DNA of 54,634 nucleotides, counting the filler, from Sluysia triapertura (Eukaryota), in NCBI GenBank assembly GCA_046118255.1. It is 3 parts of 3 records of this genome, joined end to end, with 100 filler letters (N's around TTAATTAATTAA, not from the genome) between each part and the next. Parts side by side here need not be neighbours in the genome. Positions count along the whole stretch, not along the records: positions 20,903 to 34,324 come from JBJNIA010040800.1; positions 34,425 to 54,634 come from JBJNIA010032156.1; 1 more part is not named here. One strand, written 5' to 3'. The position numbers and the translations under genes are program-made. Below are positions 23,471 to 36,140 of the stretch, piece by piece; the first letter of the stretch is position 1; every line of letters starts with the position of its first letter. Below the pieces are notes generated by a model. It searched no databases. It saw only the letters and a list, made by a program, of their open reading frames with translations, and was not told the DNA's origin.

Positions 23471-26393
23471 TATTGTATTCTTTATTTTTTAACTATATTA
23501 GGGGATATAATCCATTTTGATGTGATAAATTATTAATTAATTTTAACTGGTAATTACTTAATAAGAAAGTTTCCTCGCCAGTTTTATTTTTACTTTTTGG
23601 GTGAACTTAATTGGAGGATAATATCTTTGTGTTATTTTATTTAATATATTTATTATAAGTTATTATTATTTTATTATACATCAACGAAGATAGATTTTTA
23701 TGTTTGCTAATAAATTATGGACATAGATAGTCATTTCTAAGTGATTAAGACTTTGTCATTTATTGAATATAATAATAACCACCCAATAAGATTCCAGTGT
23801 TTTCAGAATAAAAGCCATTAAGTATTATTTGTTATGTTAATTTAATATTGCGTAATTAATTGATAGATATTAATTATTATTATAATATATTGGATTTAAA
23901 ATATCTAACAAATCATCAGCGACAGTCTTTCATTTTTTCTTGCCAATAATTAGACATAAATTTAATAGTTTTTTAGAGATTCATTCATTTAAAACTGTTA
24001 ATTTTTAAATCAATAAGGCTTTATTTTTGATCCCTTATATTTTCATGATTTAAATACAGATATCACCTAATAATACAATACTAATTTCACTAAAATATTT
24101 TTGTAACATTCAAAAATACAAATTTCTTCATATAGAAAGTCTTCATTATTTTAATTAATTGCTTTACTCATTATTCGTTAATTACTTTACTTATATCAAA
24201 AATCTCACAAAGATGCTTTTTCAATCATATGTGTAATATTTCATATTGAAATCAAACTGTTTAATATCCAAACAAGTTCCAAAAAATCAATAATTATTTA
24301 TTTTTTAAATAGAATTTATTTTTATTTTAAAGTAACCAAGAGAAAATTTTTCAATATTTAAAGTGCTCATTTCTTATCAACTTTCGAAGCACTAAAAATA
24401 AATATTTTCATACATTTTAAAATATAATTTAAAAATAATTTACTTTTTAATCAAATTTATACATATATGCGAAAAATTTTCAGCGCTCTCTAAACTAATA
24501 ATATAAATTTTGAATTTAAAATTTAAATCACTTTTATTATCTAAAAATATAGTAAAAAATTAATTAATAATTATCAGTATGATAAACAAACTGTCAATAT
24601 TAAATTAAAAATTATTTGTTTAAATAAAATAATTTAAGTATTGTAGGATAATAATTTTTATTTATAATAGTTAACAAATATTATTAAACATTTCCATTCT
24701 TTGTGACCCATGTCTTTAGCATATTAAATTTAATCTAAAAATCACATCTTTTATATATTAAATTTTCTTTTCGACAATCTTTTAAATGATCATAAAAGTT
24801 AAAGATTGATATTCTTTGGTTTATCATAAAATTTATAAATTGAAGCATTCTGTAGAAAAAGTTTTTCAAAAATTTCACTTATAATATTTTATACTTAAAA
24901 CTTTAACAACGTACCTTTGTAGTACAGTACAAATATTAATGCACTTTATTAATTCTGAAGTTTTCAAAATATTATTTATATATTTTTGCTTCCTCTTAGA
25001 CTATTCCAGAGTTTTAAATTTTAAATTATTTGACTTTATTTAAAATTTATTGTGTTAATATTTGTGTAAAGTATGTATAAAATTTATTTTAAAAAAATTG
25101 TATAAAATTCAATTATGTTTTATTATATTTTATGTATTTTGTAAAAAATTAAAATATTGTTAAAAATTATATATATTATTATTTAAAAATTATATCGACA
25201 ATTATAATTAAAAATTAAATTAAAGATAAAGAACATTCTTGAAATCATTTGTTTTTCTAAATCAAAAAATTTAATGTGTCTTTATAACAAGGATTAGTAT
25301 AAAAACAGATATTATGCATAAAGACCAACGTAACATTAACAACAAAGACGACAGCAACAAAGTAAAAATTACACATTTCTCTCAAGTGATCAATCCAGAC
25401 TATTTTATCAATTTGGCTAACAATTTATATCGAGAATAAAAAATCAAGTAGTAAGTCTAATTTTAATAGCCATAAAATCCTACTTAAAATATCCATATTT
25501 TCGTTAGTCCTTAAGACCAATGATAAAATTATTATAAGTTAATTAAAATTTTCGACAGAGCCTCAATTAGACTAGGTCCTTTTAAAAATATTATTATCAT
25601 TTTGATTATTTTATTTTGATATAATACTTTTTATTCTTGTTAATAATTACACATTCATTTTTACATTAGATCGTTGTTATTTTAGTATTATTTATTGTAG
25701 AAAATACATCTTCAAGTATTTCTTATTTAGTAATTAAACCATTTAGATTTTTGAATATTTGAATAAAGAATTTTCGAATACGTTAATATTTCGTGTAAAA
25801 TAAATCTATTATAAAATACATTATATTCTTAAAGATATAAAAAACATTTCATTAGTCAAGTTACTTAACTTAATCGAAATTACTAAGTAATAGTTCACCC
25901 ATCTTAATTAGCTTTATTTGAAAATTTTCGCTATATTAGCTCATGTATCTAAAGCCACGCCATTTGTAAGTCGTGTATTGTAGACTAACTCTTTTAATCC
26001 ATTTTGCTGCCTGAGTAAGGTTAAGATATAAAACCACAGCATTTGGTTGTCATATAATATTATTTTAACATAAAATTGTAGCAGCTACTTTTAATTTTCT
26101 TTTGTACATATAATGAAATATTGTTCTAAAATATTAATATTTCTATAAATAAACTAAAATGAATATGAAAAAGTATTTTTATTAAAATCATCATTACGCA
26201 TTATAAGTTCAGTTGTAACATGCATAATAATGTAATATAAAATAATAATGTAAGATAATTAACTAGTTTTACTGTATTACATTAAAAATTAATACAAAAA
26301 AATGTTACACAATTTATTTATTTAAAACGTTAAGAGTATGTGGTATTATTAATTTTTTATTACAATATTTCTAAAAATTACCTTATATAAATG

Positions 26394-26538
26394 NNNNNNN
26401 NNNNNNNNNNNNNNNNNNNNNNNNNNNNNNNNNNNNNNNNNNNNNNNNNNNNNNNNNNNNNNNNNNNNNNNNNNNNNNNNNNNNNNNNNNNNNNNNNNNN
26501 NNNNNNNNNNNNNNNNNNNNNNNNNNNNNNNNNNNNNN
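26394..26538. other. Assembly gap (N run)
   Basis: 145 Ns with no linker. Confidence 0.99.
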
Positions 26539-28118
26539 TTTCTTATACATCTACTATACTTCTTGCTGATATTAAGTCTAAAGATAATTTATCTAGTGTT
26601 GTTAAGTCAAAAATGCTAAACAAATTTTAAGATGCACTGTCTGTGCTGTAAAAAAACATTGGATTCCTGGATTTAAACGATTTTATTGAATAAGTTGCAT
26701 AAATCTTATTAATATTGGTGTCAAATTTAACAGCAACTTTTGTAACTTAGTTAAATAGCTAAAATAATAATAAATTTGCATGAACAATGTGATATTTTGA
26801 AAGTACATGTTTATTTTTATTGCCTAAAAAACTAAACACAGAAAAATATAACACGATTTATATGAACAAAAACATAATTACCAAAAATATCTGAAAATAA
26901 GGTTAGAAATTAACATTTTAAAACTAAAAAATTTAAAGATAAATATATTAGGCGCTTTGCTAATCGGAGGTCATCGGAGGAAAACAACAAATAACCAAAA
27001 GAAATATTACGACGAATTGAAAAAGAATATAAGGAAATATTGCAAATTTATAGAAAAAATGAAAATTTTTGCAAATTTTATCAGTGATACGTCTTGAGAA
27101 AAAATATTAAAGCGAACAGATTGTTGGGTTTGTTAAAGGATGAATTGTTTGCAAGGTTGTTGTTCTTTGTAATATGAAAAGATTAGTGTTTTCTAAAGTT
27201 TTTCTATAAAATATTTAATAATTAATTTAATTAAAATTATTTAAAAATCATTTTTACTGAATAACTTTGTGTATAATGTTTGCATACAAGAGAACGGCAC
27301 GTGCAATGAAATGTAATGATGAAAAACGAAACAATATGAACACATCGATGTAGAAAACTTAAAATCATTAATTTTAATTAATTTTCTTTTTTATACACTT
27401 GAATTTTTATATGTTTTAGTGATCACACGTAGTAAAATTATATATCAAATTAATTATCCTTAAGAGATCATCTTATACATGTTATTTAAATTGACATGTG
27501 ACATACCGTTAACGTGCAACGCATTGCGTCAAAATTTATTATTTAAAATTAGTTTTATATTCAATTTAAGTTAATGTATTATTCTAAAAATAAGTATTTT
27601 TAAAATTTCGAATAGATAAGAGTTTGTTTCTCACAAATCTCATTATCTTTGGAAAATTGCTAAATAATCGCAAAACTGATATTCAACGGAAATTAATGTT
27701 CAAATCTGATTATTAAAATGGATTTTAAGAAATAAGCATATGTTCCGGACTTCCTAACAATTATCTAAGCACTATATAATGAACCATATTTGTTATATTA
27801 TAATACAAACAATTATTGATTATTTTTTTCCTGATGTAAAAAGGATGGTTCGAAACAATCGTGGCAAACACTGATTTAATTTTATATTTCTTTAGAAATT
27901 TGAATAAACTTTATTTTTGATTTACTTATTCAGGTTTTATTGTAATAATTATTGTAATTCTGGTATATTTGTATCACTTCTGGAATTATATATATAACCA
28001 ACTATTCTTTAACAATATGTGCATTCAATATATTATTTTATTATACTGTTGGGGTATAAGGCCTAAAAAGTGCCATTTAGTATAATTGAATATAATAATC
28101 TAAAATTGTTAGATTGAT

Positions 28119-28191
28119 AAATTGATAGCTCAGTTGGTAGAGCATCGAACTGCGTAGCAAAAGGTCCCGGGTTCGATTCCCGGTCAGTCGA
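28119..28191 (+). tRNA. tRNA pseudogene or tRNA-derived SINE head
   Basis: Perfect D-arm (GCTC-AGTTGGTA-GAGC, A box) and T-arm (CCGGG-TTCGATT-CCCGG, B box), followed by TTTT. The acceptor stem is only partly paired, and the anticodon stem (TCGAA/GCAAA) is mostly unpaired around loop CTGCGTA. Confidence 0.8.
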
Positions 28192-29421
28192 TTTTATGAA
28201 GTCTAACAATACTTTTTAAAAGCTAAAGTCATCAACTGTTCTTATACAAATTCAAAGTTATAAATATCTATTTATAAAACTCTAAATATTCACAAATTAC
28301 CACCAGAAGTGACAAAACCTAAAATACATAAATGTTGACGCCCGTATTAAAAACTAAAAATAACAAAAAAGTAACACAAGTACTAACTTTGATAAATTCC
28401 CTTATTACGTATTTTAATCTACTGCTGAAGAATAAACCTCGATGTCAATAAAGCTTAATAGGTTTTTGAAGTTTTTTCATTTTTTGATATCCTCTTTTTT
28501 CTTTTTATTGTTCTCTTAGTTTATATAGTAGTTTAACAATGAATTAGGAGATTGGAAATTGGACAAGACGAATATAATTACTTATTTAATCATCTATTCC
28601 TTTTGATCGGTCATAATGATTAAATTTCAACTGTAATTTCTGCCTATCTCCAATTTCATTATCCTTTTTAATTATGTAAAGATAATGAGATTTGTGATAA
28701 ACAATCCCCTTACTTTTTCAGCATCATTAAATTAAAATTACGTGGATATTCTAACAATAACGCAATTTATTAACTAAAATTAAGGATAAAATTAATGAAA
28801 TAATAAATCTATTTTTCACAGGAATATTTTTGAATAATAGTTGTGCGTCAAGTTCAATAACATAAATGAACTGGTATCCTTTATAATCATCAACTTAATA
28901 TATACTTTACTTATATTTGTACATCGGAACATGTTTAACTTTAATTTTAAATTATAAAAACTAATTTTCTGACGTGCTTCGTAACACTCATCATTAAAAA
29001 CACTAATAATACTCATCATCATACATTAATTCTTATGTTATTTTATGTTAACATTTTTCACTAAATTATCAAATTAAACAAATTTACTTTAATATTTAAC
29101 CATATAAAGGGTTATTTCTTCGTATATTTCATTATTTTGTTTTGATTCGAATATTTTATACTGTTATTTTATTTTGTTATTACAATTCATCATAATACTT
29201 TATCTTAATTCCTCAATGATATTTATAATATTTTATTATCATAAGTCATAACCTTTATGTTCCTTCTTATCCTTAATTAATCCCAACAAAGACAACACGA
29301 GAATAAGTCACTAATTAATGACATTTTTGATTAACTAATTTGAATTAAAATTAAAACATTATTTTTAAATATAATTAATATAGATTGTAATTATAATAAC
29401 TTTTTATTATATTAAAATCAG

Positions 29422-29638
29422 AGTATACATTCCGCAAAATCATTAAGTCTCTATCAAAAATGTTCCTCAGACAAATCCAAAATTCAATCATACCGTGGTA
29501 CCTGCGTTAATAATATTTTATCATATCAAGCTGGAAAGATTATCAAACCGTATACCAATTACATTATAAAATTTCGAGCTTATGATGGTCGAAGTTTCGG
29601 TAATGAAACTCAAGTTAATTTTACTACAGCTATGTACA
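29422..29638 (+). CDS. Exon encoding the C-terminal half of a fibronectin type III domain (cell-surface protein, possibly receptor PTP-like)
   Basis: cag|AGT...TACA|gttagt. The open frame SIHSAKSLSLYQKC...IIKPYTNYIIKFRAYDGRSFGNETQVNFTT has the FN3 LxPYTxY..A..G pattern; phase 0-1. It is absent from the ORF track. Confidence 0.82.
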
Positions 29639-29698
29639 GTTAGTTCATGGTGAAATTTTCTTAGAATACTTCTAAAATTACTAATATTACTACTACTC

Positions 29699-29762
<64 letters not shown>
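29699..29762 (+). repeat. (ATT)n microsatellite in the intron
   Basis: Direct reading. Confidence 0.97.
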
Positions 29763-30698
29763 CTCTATAATCAATAATAATACTTTGACTAATATTAAAT
29801 GATTTTAAAAATGTAAAAAGTCGTAATTCTAGCTCGGCTCTGATGTGAGAGGGAAGTACAAATATAATTTTAAATTCTTTTTCAAAGTCTCAATAAGGAA
29901 TTAACAAAAACTCGATGAATTAAAATCTATTCCTGCAATGAATTGTAATTAATTTTAATTAAAATACTAGTAGAAACTTATTTTATTAATTTGAAAGTTA
30001 TAAGTGATTTTTGATGATAATGTACGTACATTTTTCGAGAAAATCTAAATATTCGGCATGAAAATTTTCTTATATGGTATTTTTCATCGAAACCACATTG
30101 TAACCAAAACTTTTATTGGAATATATTTCATAATCATTTTTTTGCTATAATTAATTTAACCATACATCCACACTTTAATCTTATTAAGTATATTTTTACC
30201 TTTATATGGCAAATATGTTATAATTCTGGCCACATTTTCATCCGCTCTATTTATTTGTTATTTTCTATATTATGGTTATATAGCTACATTTACATCAGTA
30301 TTAATTTCATTCTATATTATAACTAAACTTATATCCGTCTTATTATTAATTCGTATTTTTGCATTTCTATAATTGTTTTGCTTAATCAATAAATTATTTC
30401 TTGGTTGATAAAATATGATAAACTCCATTTTTCCTTATTTTTCTTTTATTTTCTCAATTCTGCAGCTCCTTTATTGAGTAATTAAAGATGATAAGCTTCA
30501 TTCTTATTTTTCTTTTATTATCTTTTGGATGCACTTTTTTGAAATGCCTTTTTTACATTTTCAAATTTATTTCTTAAGTTCTTGAAGTATTTATTGATTT
30601 ACTTTATTAAATATTTATTTTAATTAATTATTATAATGTTAAGTAAAAGTTGTTTAAAATAATATTAATAATAATAATAAATAATAATAATAATTTAG

Positions 30699-30868
30699 AG
30701 AGCTCCAAAGTTTCTTCTTTGCGTGTCGACATTAAATACTTGAATTATAATTTACTTGTATCATGGAAAGCTCCAGTTACCACAAATGGACCAATTACAA
30801 AATATGTATTACGATTATCAGAAAATGACATTTGTATTCTTTATTGCACTTACATAATAAGTACCGAG
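30699..30868 (+). CDS. Exon encoding the N-terminal half of the next FN3 domain (same gene as 29422-29638)
   Basis: ttag|AG...GAG|gttagt. It reads LLVSWKAPVTTNGPITKYVL (FN3 WxxP..NG.I..Y motif). The phase-1 start splices in frame with the previous exon (A+AG = Lys). Confidence 0.85.
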
Positions 30869-31559
30869 GTTAGTGGGATTTTTTGATGTGTCAAATCATT
30901 CTTAATTTTTTAAATACTTTAAACTGTAATTATTATTAAAGTATAATAATTATAATTTCATAATATGCTCATGGTCTCAAATTATTTTGTTATATTGTTA
31001 TATTGATAATCTTATTTATAAATTCATTATAAATTAGACGCGGCATTAAGCATTCAGACGGTTAATTTCATCATAAATTATCGTGCTTTAAATATTGCAT
31101 AGTGTTATTGTTTGTTATCTAACAACATACAAACATAAATTTTTTAATTAATAACAGCAAATTACCCTTACAAATTCATAAACAATATCTTTAGTCTGAA
31201 TTAAGTGATAAAATGCTTATTTATTAAACGTTTCAAATAAATAAATAGTACATCTTTTTGTTTAGTAGTTTTAATTGAAATTTTGATTAAAATTTAAGAA
31301 AATTATCTGAAGCTTATTTTTATTATTAATATGAATGAATACTTTAGGGTTACATTTTATCAATATTGTTATTTTATTAAAAATCAAAAAATGCTTATAA
31401 ATTTATTAAGACAATTAAAAAATTGGGTATATTTAAAAGTTATTATCAAATTTTTGGCTGAATTGATGATTGAGTTTGTTTTCTGATATCCCTTGATTAA
31501 TTCCAAATAGAGACGTTTGTCAATAAGAAGGATCAAATATTAATTTAAAATTACTTCGT

Positions 31560-33489
31560 TATTTCCTAAGATACAATAATTTTGTTTATCCTTTCCACAT
31601 GTTGTTAGTAGTTCCATCGTGCTCCATTTCTTTGAGATTGTGATAGTATCTGCATTCTTTATCATATTTAATGCACATTCCAAAGTCATTGGTGTGATAA
31701 GAGCATTGTCCCAAACGTTTATGAAGAACTAATGTTGTATTTGAATTGATGATTGTGAGACTACTAGTATCTTTATTCATTTGATTTTTCTTGTACATCA
31801 TTATTTGGCGCCAGTGGGAATTTACATCTTCATTTGTCATCATATAAATCAAAGTAGTATGAGTAGAATGTCTTACAATAATGTTTTTTGTGCGTTGGAA
31901 TTTACATAAATATGATTATGCTTATTTAATGAATTAATTAACTGCTTGACATATGAAAATTTATTAATTATAATTGGCAGATTTCTGTATAATACTGTAC
32001 ACATTAATTGTGGTAAACTAGGATGCATATTGTTAACATTCTGATCTAAAAATTTTATGTCATTGAGACATGGTTGTGGAACATGCCAATCTATCATTAA
32101 ATTAATGATATTTACTTTATTGCAATTTAATTACATAGATTTTAGGTAGTCGATCAATGATGTTACAGAATTTCTAGTGTCGCTAAGTAATATTTTTTAA
32201 AAGATAATTTACTAAAGAAATTGCCATATTATTTGAGATAATTTTACTAAAATCAGGGAAATTATGTAGTTTCTGACTTGCCATTAAGAGAACGCATTTC
32301 ATTATCATATGGTCTCGATGAAATTGATTTCGAGAATTCAACGATGCATTGTCACTGAAAAAATAAACTTATCGATTCATATACTTTTCGATTGTTAACA
32401 TCAAATTTTAGTTGGAGTAATTTTGGTGGAAATAGAAATAACGTAAAATCTATAATAACTTGATTATAAATAAAACATATCAATTCAGCTAAATTTTTAC
32501 ATAAATCAGTATTTTTGGTGATGTCCATGGAAATTGAATTATCATTCTGCATGATTATTGATTTATTGTCTTGAATTGCGTATTAATTTTTAACTTTTAA
32601 TCTTGTTTGGTTTATTGATTTTTTTGTTTGTTATTTTTAATCTAATGTTGCCTTTTTTAATTTGTGCGTAGCAATGTGTTTTTTTGATTGGTTTGTTGGT
32701 TATCAATCAATTGAAAACAAAGTTACAACGACTGTAAGAAATGGTAATGTACAATGTAAGCAATTTTAAAATCTGTCACTAATGATAAAATAAAGGTACA
32801 AAACAGATTTAATTTTGATTTACCACAATACTGCTGATGGTAGCAACGACAACTGCGACAAAAATGGTGGTACAATGAAATTAATGATAATAATGATCAC
32901 AATAATAATAATAAATAAATAAAATAATAAAAATATCTGAAATACGTAAATCTGGTTCTTTACATGATCTTTTCTTTCAATAATTGAATTAATTTGAATA
33001 AAATTCTTTGAAAAATGATTACATATAAATAAAATTAGTTTCTTGACGTGTAATCTTTAATAATCATATAAATAAGATTCTCTTGAATAAAATTCTTTCT
33101 TTAAATGCCTTTTGAAATATTTATTCTGACTCTCATTGTCTTTCTTAAAATTATTTATGTAATCATAACTAAAAATGCTAAAGAGTTTACATTTTAATTA
33201 TTGTGTTTTAAAGTGATTTGAAGTGTGAATTTAATGCTTTTCAAAGGTGTTGATGATTGAGAACTTAAAACGTTTTAGATTAATTTTGAACTGTATGATT
33301 GATACTTTGAGGTGAAAATTAAAAATATTTTAAATGAATCTGAACCGTACATTTGTGGTTTTGAATGTAAATATAATTTTGATATTATAAGATTGTGAAT
33401 TTAAAATGTTTTGAAATGTAAAAAGACATAAAAAATGCGATGTTCTATGTGAAGTGAAAATTTAAATTTTAAGAGAAAGGTTGGCCACA
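31560..33489 (-). mobile_element. Unclassified decayed element, copy C (best-preserved CCCH-like motif)
   Basis: The terminal ~800 bp is homologous to 12450-13297. ORF 31586-31852 contains CSYHTNDFGMCIKYDKECRYYH (C-x9-C-x6-C-x3-H). Confidence 0.6.
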
Positions 33490-33879
33490 TCTTTTCTTAT
33501 AACTTCTGGAAAAAATTATATTACATTCTAATGTGCTATGTCTAATACCGGTTCTGGTAATAGTATATTGAATGACTGCTTTTAATCTAAAATTCATGTT
33601 TTGTGGCTTATTTTTTTCTATAATGTAGTATTAAATATATTATTTATATCACAATAATAAATATTATGCAATAATAATAATAATTTAGAGATAATATTAA
33701 TATTCTAAGGAATTACATTCGTTTAAACCCTTTAGAATTTGGGTATTAATGATACTAAATAAATATTTCTGATAATGGTAATTTTTACGCTATTATAAAA
33801 ATTTAAGCAATTATTTTTAAAACTTTAATAATAAATTTAAAAAATGTTTATTAAAAAATTGTGAGAGAACTGTGGAGTT

Positions 33880-34200
33880 TATAGAATAAAGATTTATTAA
33901 TTTACATGAGTTCACCAACGTACTGGACTTACCAGCGAGGACCAGCCCTTGGATTTTAATGCGAGAATAGATTCTTAACTGTTAAATAATGATTTTATTT
34001 AACACCTTAAATCTGGAGGTGAATAATTAAAAAATTCAAATTAGTTTAATTATATATTAAATGCGGAAGTTTAAAATAATAATTTTGCGTAAATCCCGTT
34101 ACATGGGATCAGCTTAAAAGATTTTTCTTACTAGAGTTAATTTCTAGTGTATAAGAGCTCTTATCTCGATAGATTTTTTGGAAAATTTTAAAACTATGGG
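33880..34200 (+). repeat. Dispersed repeat, inverted homolog of 54130-54405
   Basis: tagaataaaga..tgagttcaccaacgtactggacttaccag..ggacc versus the reverse complement tagaataaaga..tgagtccaccaacgtactgggcttaccag..ggacc. The tctggaggtg and tagagttaa blocks are also shared. Confidence 0.85.
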
Positions 34201-34324
34201 AATAAATATTAAATAAGGATTAAATAATTTATTAATAAACAAATGTAAAAAATATAAAATAAATTATCAAACAGTTATAAATCAAAATTTTGCAATAACT
34301 AAATACAATTAGTTAAATTATAAT

Positions 34325-34424
34325 NNNNNNNNNNNNNNNNNNNNNNNNNNNNNNNNNNNNNNNNNNNNTTAATTAATTAANNNNNNNNNNNNNNNNNNNN
34401 NNNNNNNNNNNNNNNNNNNNNNNN
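34325..34424. other. Artificial 100-nt contig spacer (N44-TTAATTAATTAA-N44)
   Basis: Same design as 20803-20901. Confidence 0.92.
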
Positions 34425-34495
34425 AATTCTGGGGGGTAAAATTACCCCCCAGGTTGACTAAAACGTCACAATTACATTCGGTTGACGGACAAAGG
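34425..34495. mobile_element. End of a piggyBac-like non-autonomous element at the contig edge
   Basis: Terminus ...gacggacaaagg|ttaa (reverse complement TTAA|CCTTTG) with the subterminal palindrome ctggggggtaa-aa-ttaccccccag. Confidence 0.65.
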
Positions 34496-35894
34496 TTAAT
34501 ATTAATATTATTATTATTATTTAGTTTTAATAATATATAATAAAGCTAAAGTAAAAGTATCTTGATGAATTGAGACAATGGCTGTTTTGCTGGATCTTTT
34601 TTTAAAAAAAGGACCTTAACATCAACGATTATTTAAAAAATGGTTGTGAAACATTTTTCACTTTTAAAAGCACTAATTCGTTTGAAAAGTTTTATTATAA
34701 AAAAATATATAAAAATGTCACTAAAATAATAATTTTATTCCTGTGCTATGACCACATAAAATCATAACTTTGTCTTTTTTATGTTATATGTCTTTTACAT
34801 TTAAATCATGTTTTTATTTGAAATGAAGCTGCTTACTTTTAATTAGTAGTTTAAAAATTGATTTAATTTAATTAATTAGTAATTTAATTAGTAATTTACT
34901 TAATTGATTAATTACAAAACTTATTTTAAATGGAAATTTATTGTTTAAGTTTTACTATTTTTATTTTTTTAAAATCATTAATTAAAATTTTATTCAAGGA
35001 TTTTATTTTATTTCGAAGACTCTAAAGTATTAAATTGTGAATTATCTTTTAATGCTTTGTTTTTATTAAACTTTTGAATTTGAAAACAAAGCACTAACCT
35101 TATATTTATGAATATTGTATTCGATTTGTTTTAAAAAATAAATTAATAAAATTCAGCATATTTTTAGCTTAATTAAAATTGATTTTAAATTAATTCAATT
35201 TATAATAATCAAAAAATAAATAATATTTATTTGTTATATGAATAAATTAAACTTTCAAAAACTTTTAAATTACTTCCAATGTTATATTATATCATATTTT
35301 CTCTAAACCACAAACAGAAAGCGTAAATAATTTTCTCATTTAAAACCTGACAGATATTATCTGATTGTTTTATTAAATGACACAATTTATATAAACACGG
35401 AATTATAAAGTATATAGTTATTATCAAACATTCTTTTGATATTTTTTTTCATATTTATTTTCATATTTAATAACATTTATTATTTATGATACCTAAAATA
35501 ACATAATATACAAAATTTAAACAGTTTTTCTGTTTAATATGCAATGATATTAGTTGAGATACATTGTTTTAATTAAAGTTTTAATTGAAACATATTTTTG
35601 AATTATTTATACATTTATTATTTATTATTCTTTAATCCAAAAATAAACAATTTCAAAATTGTTTGATTGTATTGATGTTTTATGACAATATTTATTTTAA
35701 GATTGACTTTAAATGAAGTTTATATTACATTATAATAATATAAAAGTATATAATATAATTAGAATATTCAAAATATATTTAACATACTATTTGTTTGATG
35801 TTTTTACAATTTATTTTGAATTAATAATTGAAATATCAAAGTTATGAAATAACTTTTGTATTATTTATTGTCGTCATTGGTGTTTCAATCCTTA

Positions 35895-36140
35895 CCTACG
35901 ATTATATTGTATCACACAGACACAAACCTCAACTTGAACTCATTTCAAATACATCCAAGGGATATCAATATTTATGACTATCTTCAACCTTATAAAATAC
36001 TAAAACGTAAAACTGTTAATTAAAGTTAAATTTTTAATTATATGCGGTAACAATATCTTATTCTAATTTTCGTGTTGCCGCAAGTCACATTGTATTCGTC
36101 TTGTTTCATTATCTTTTTGTTCTCTTATTTTATTCTCTTA
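35895..36140 (+). repeat. Dispersed repeat, copy 2 (homologous to 8070-8370)
   Basis: Shares the same blocks listed for 8070-8370. Confidence 0.9.

Noticed and set aside
26391-26630. 79-aa ORF
   Set aside because: It is open only because it runs through the N gap.
27934-28080. Possible transmembrane exon of the FN3 gene
   Set aside because: It lies upstream of the FN3 exons, has no convincing donor, and is low complexity.
30650-30698. N-terminal MFKIILIIIINNNNN of the FN3 ORF
   Set aside because: Intronic (AAT)-rich sequence upstream of the acceptor.
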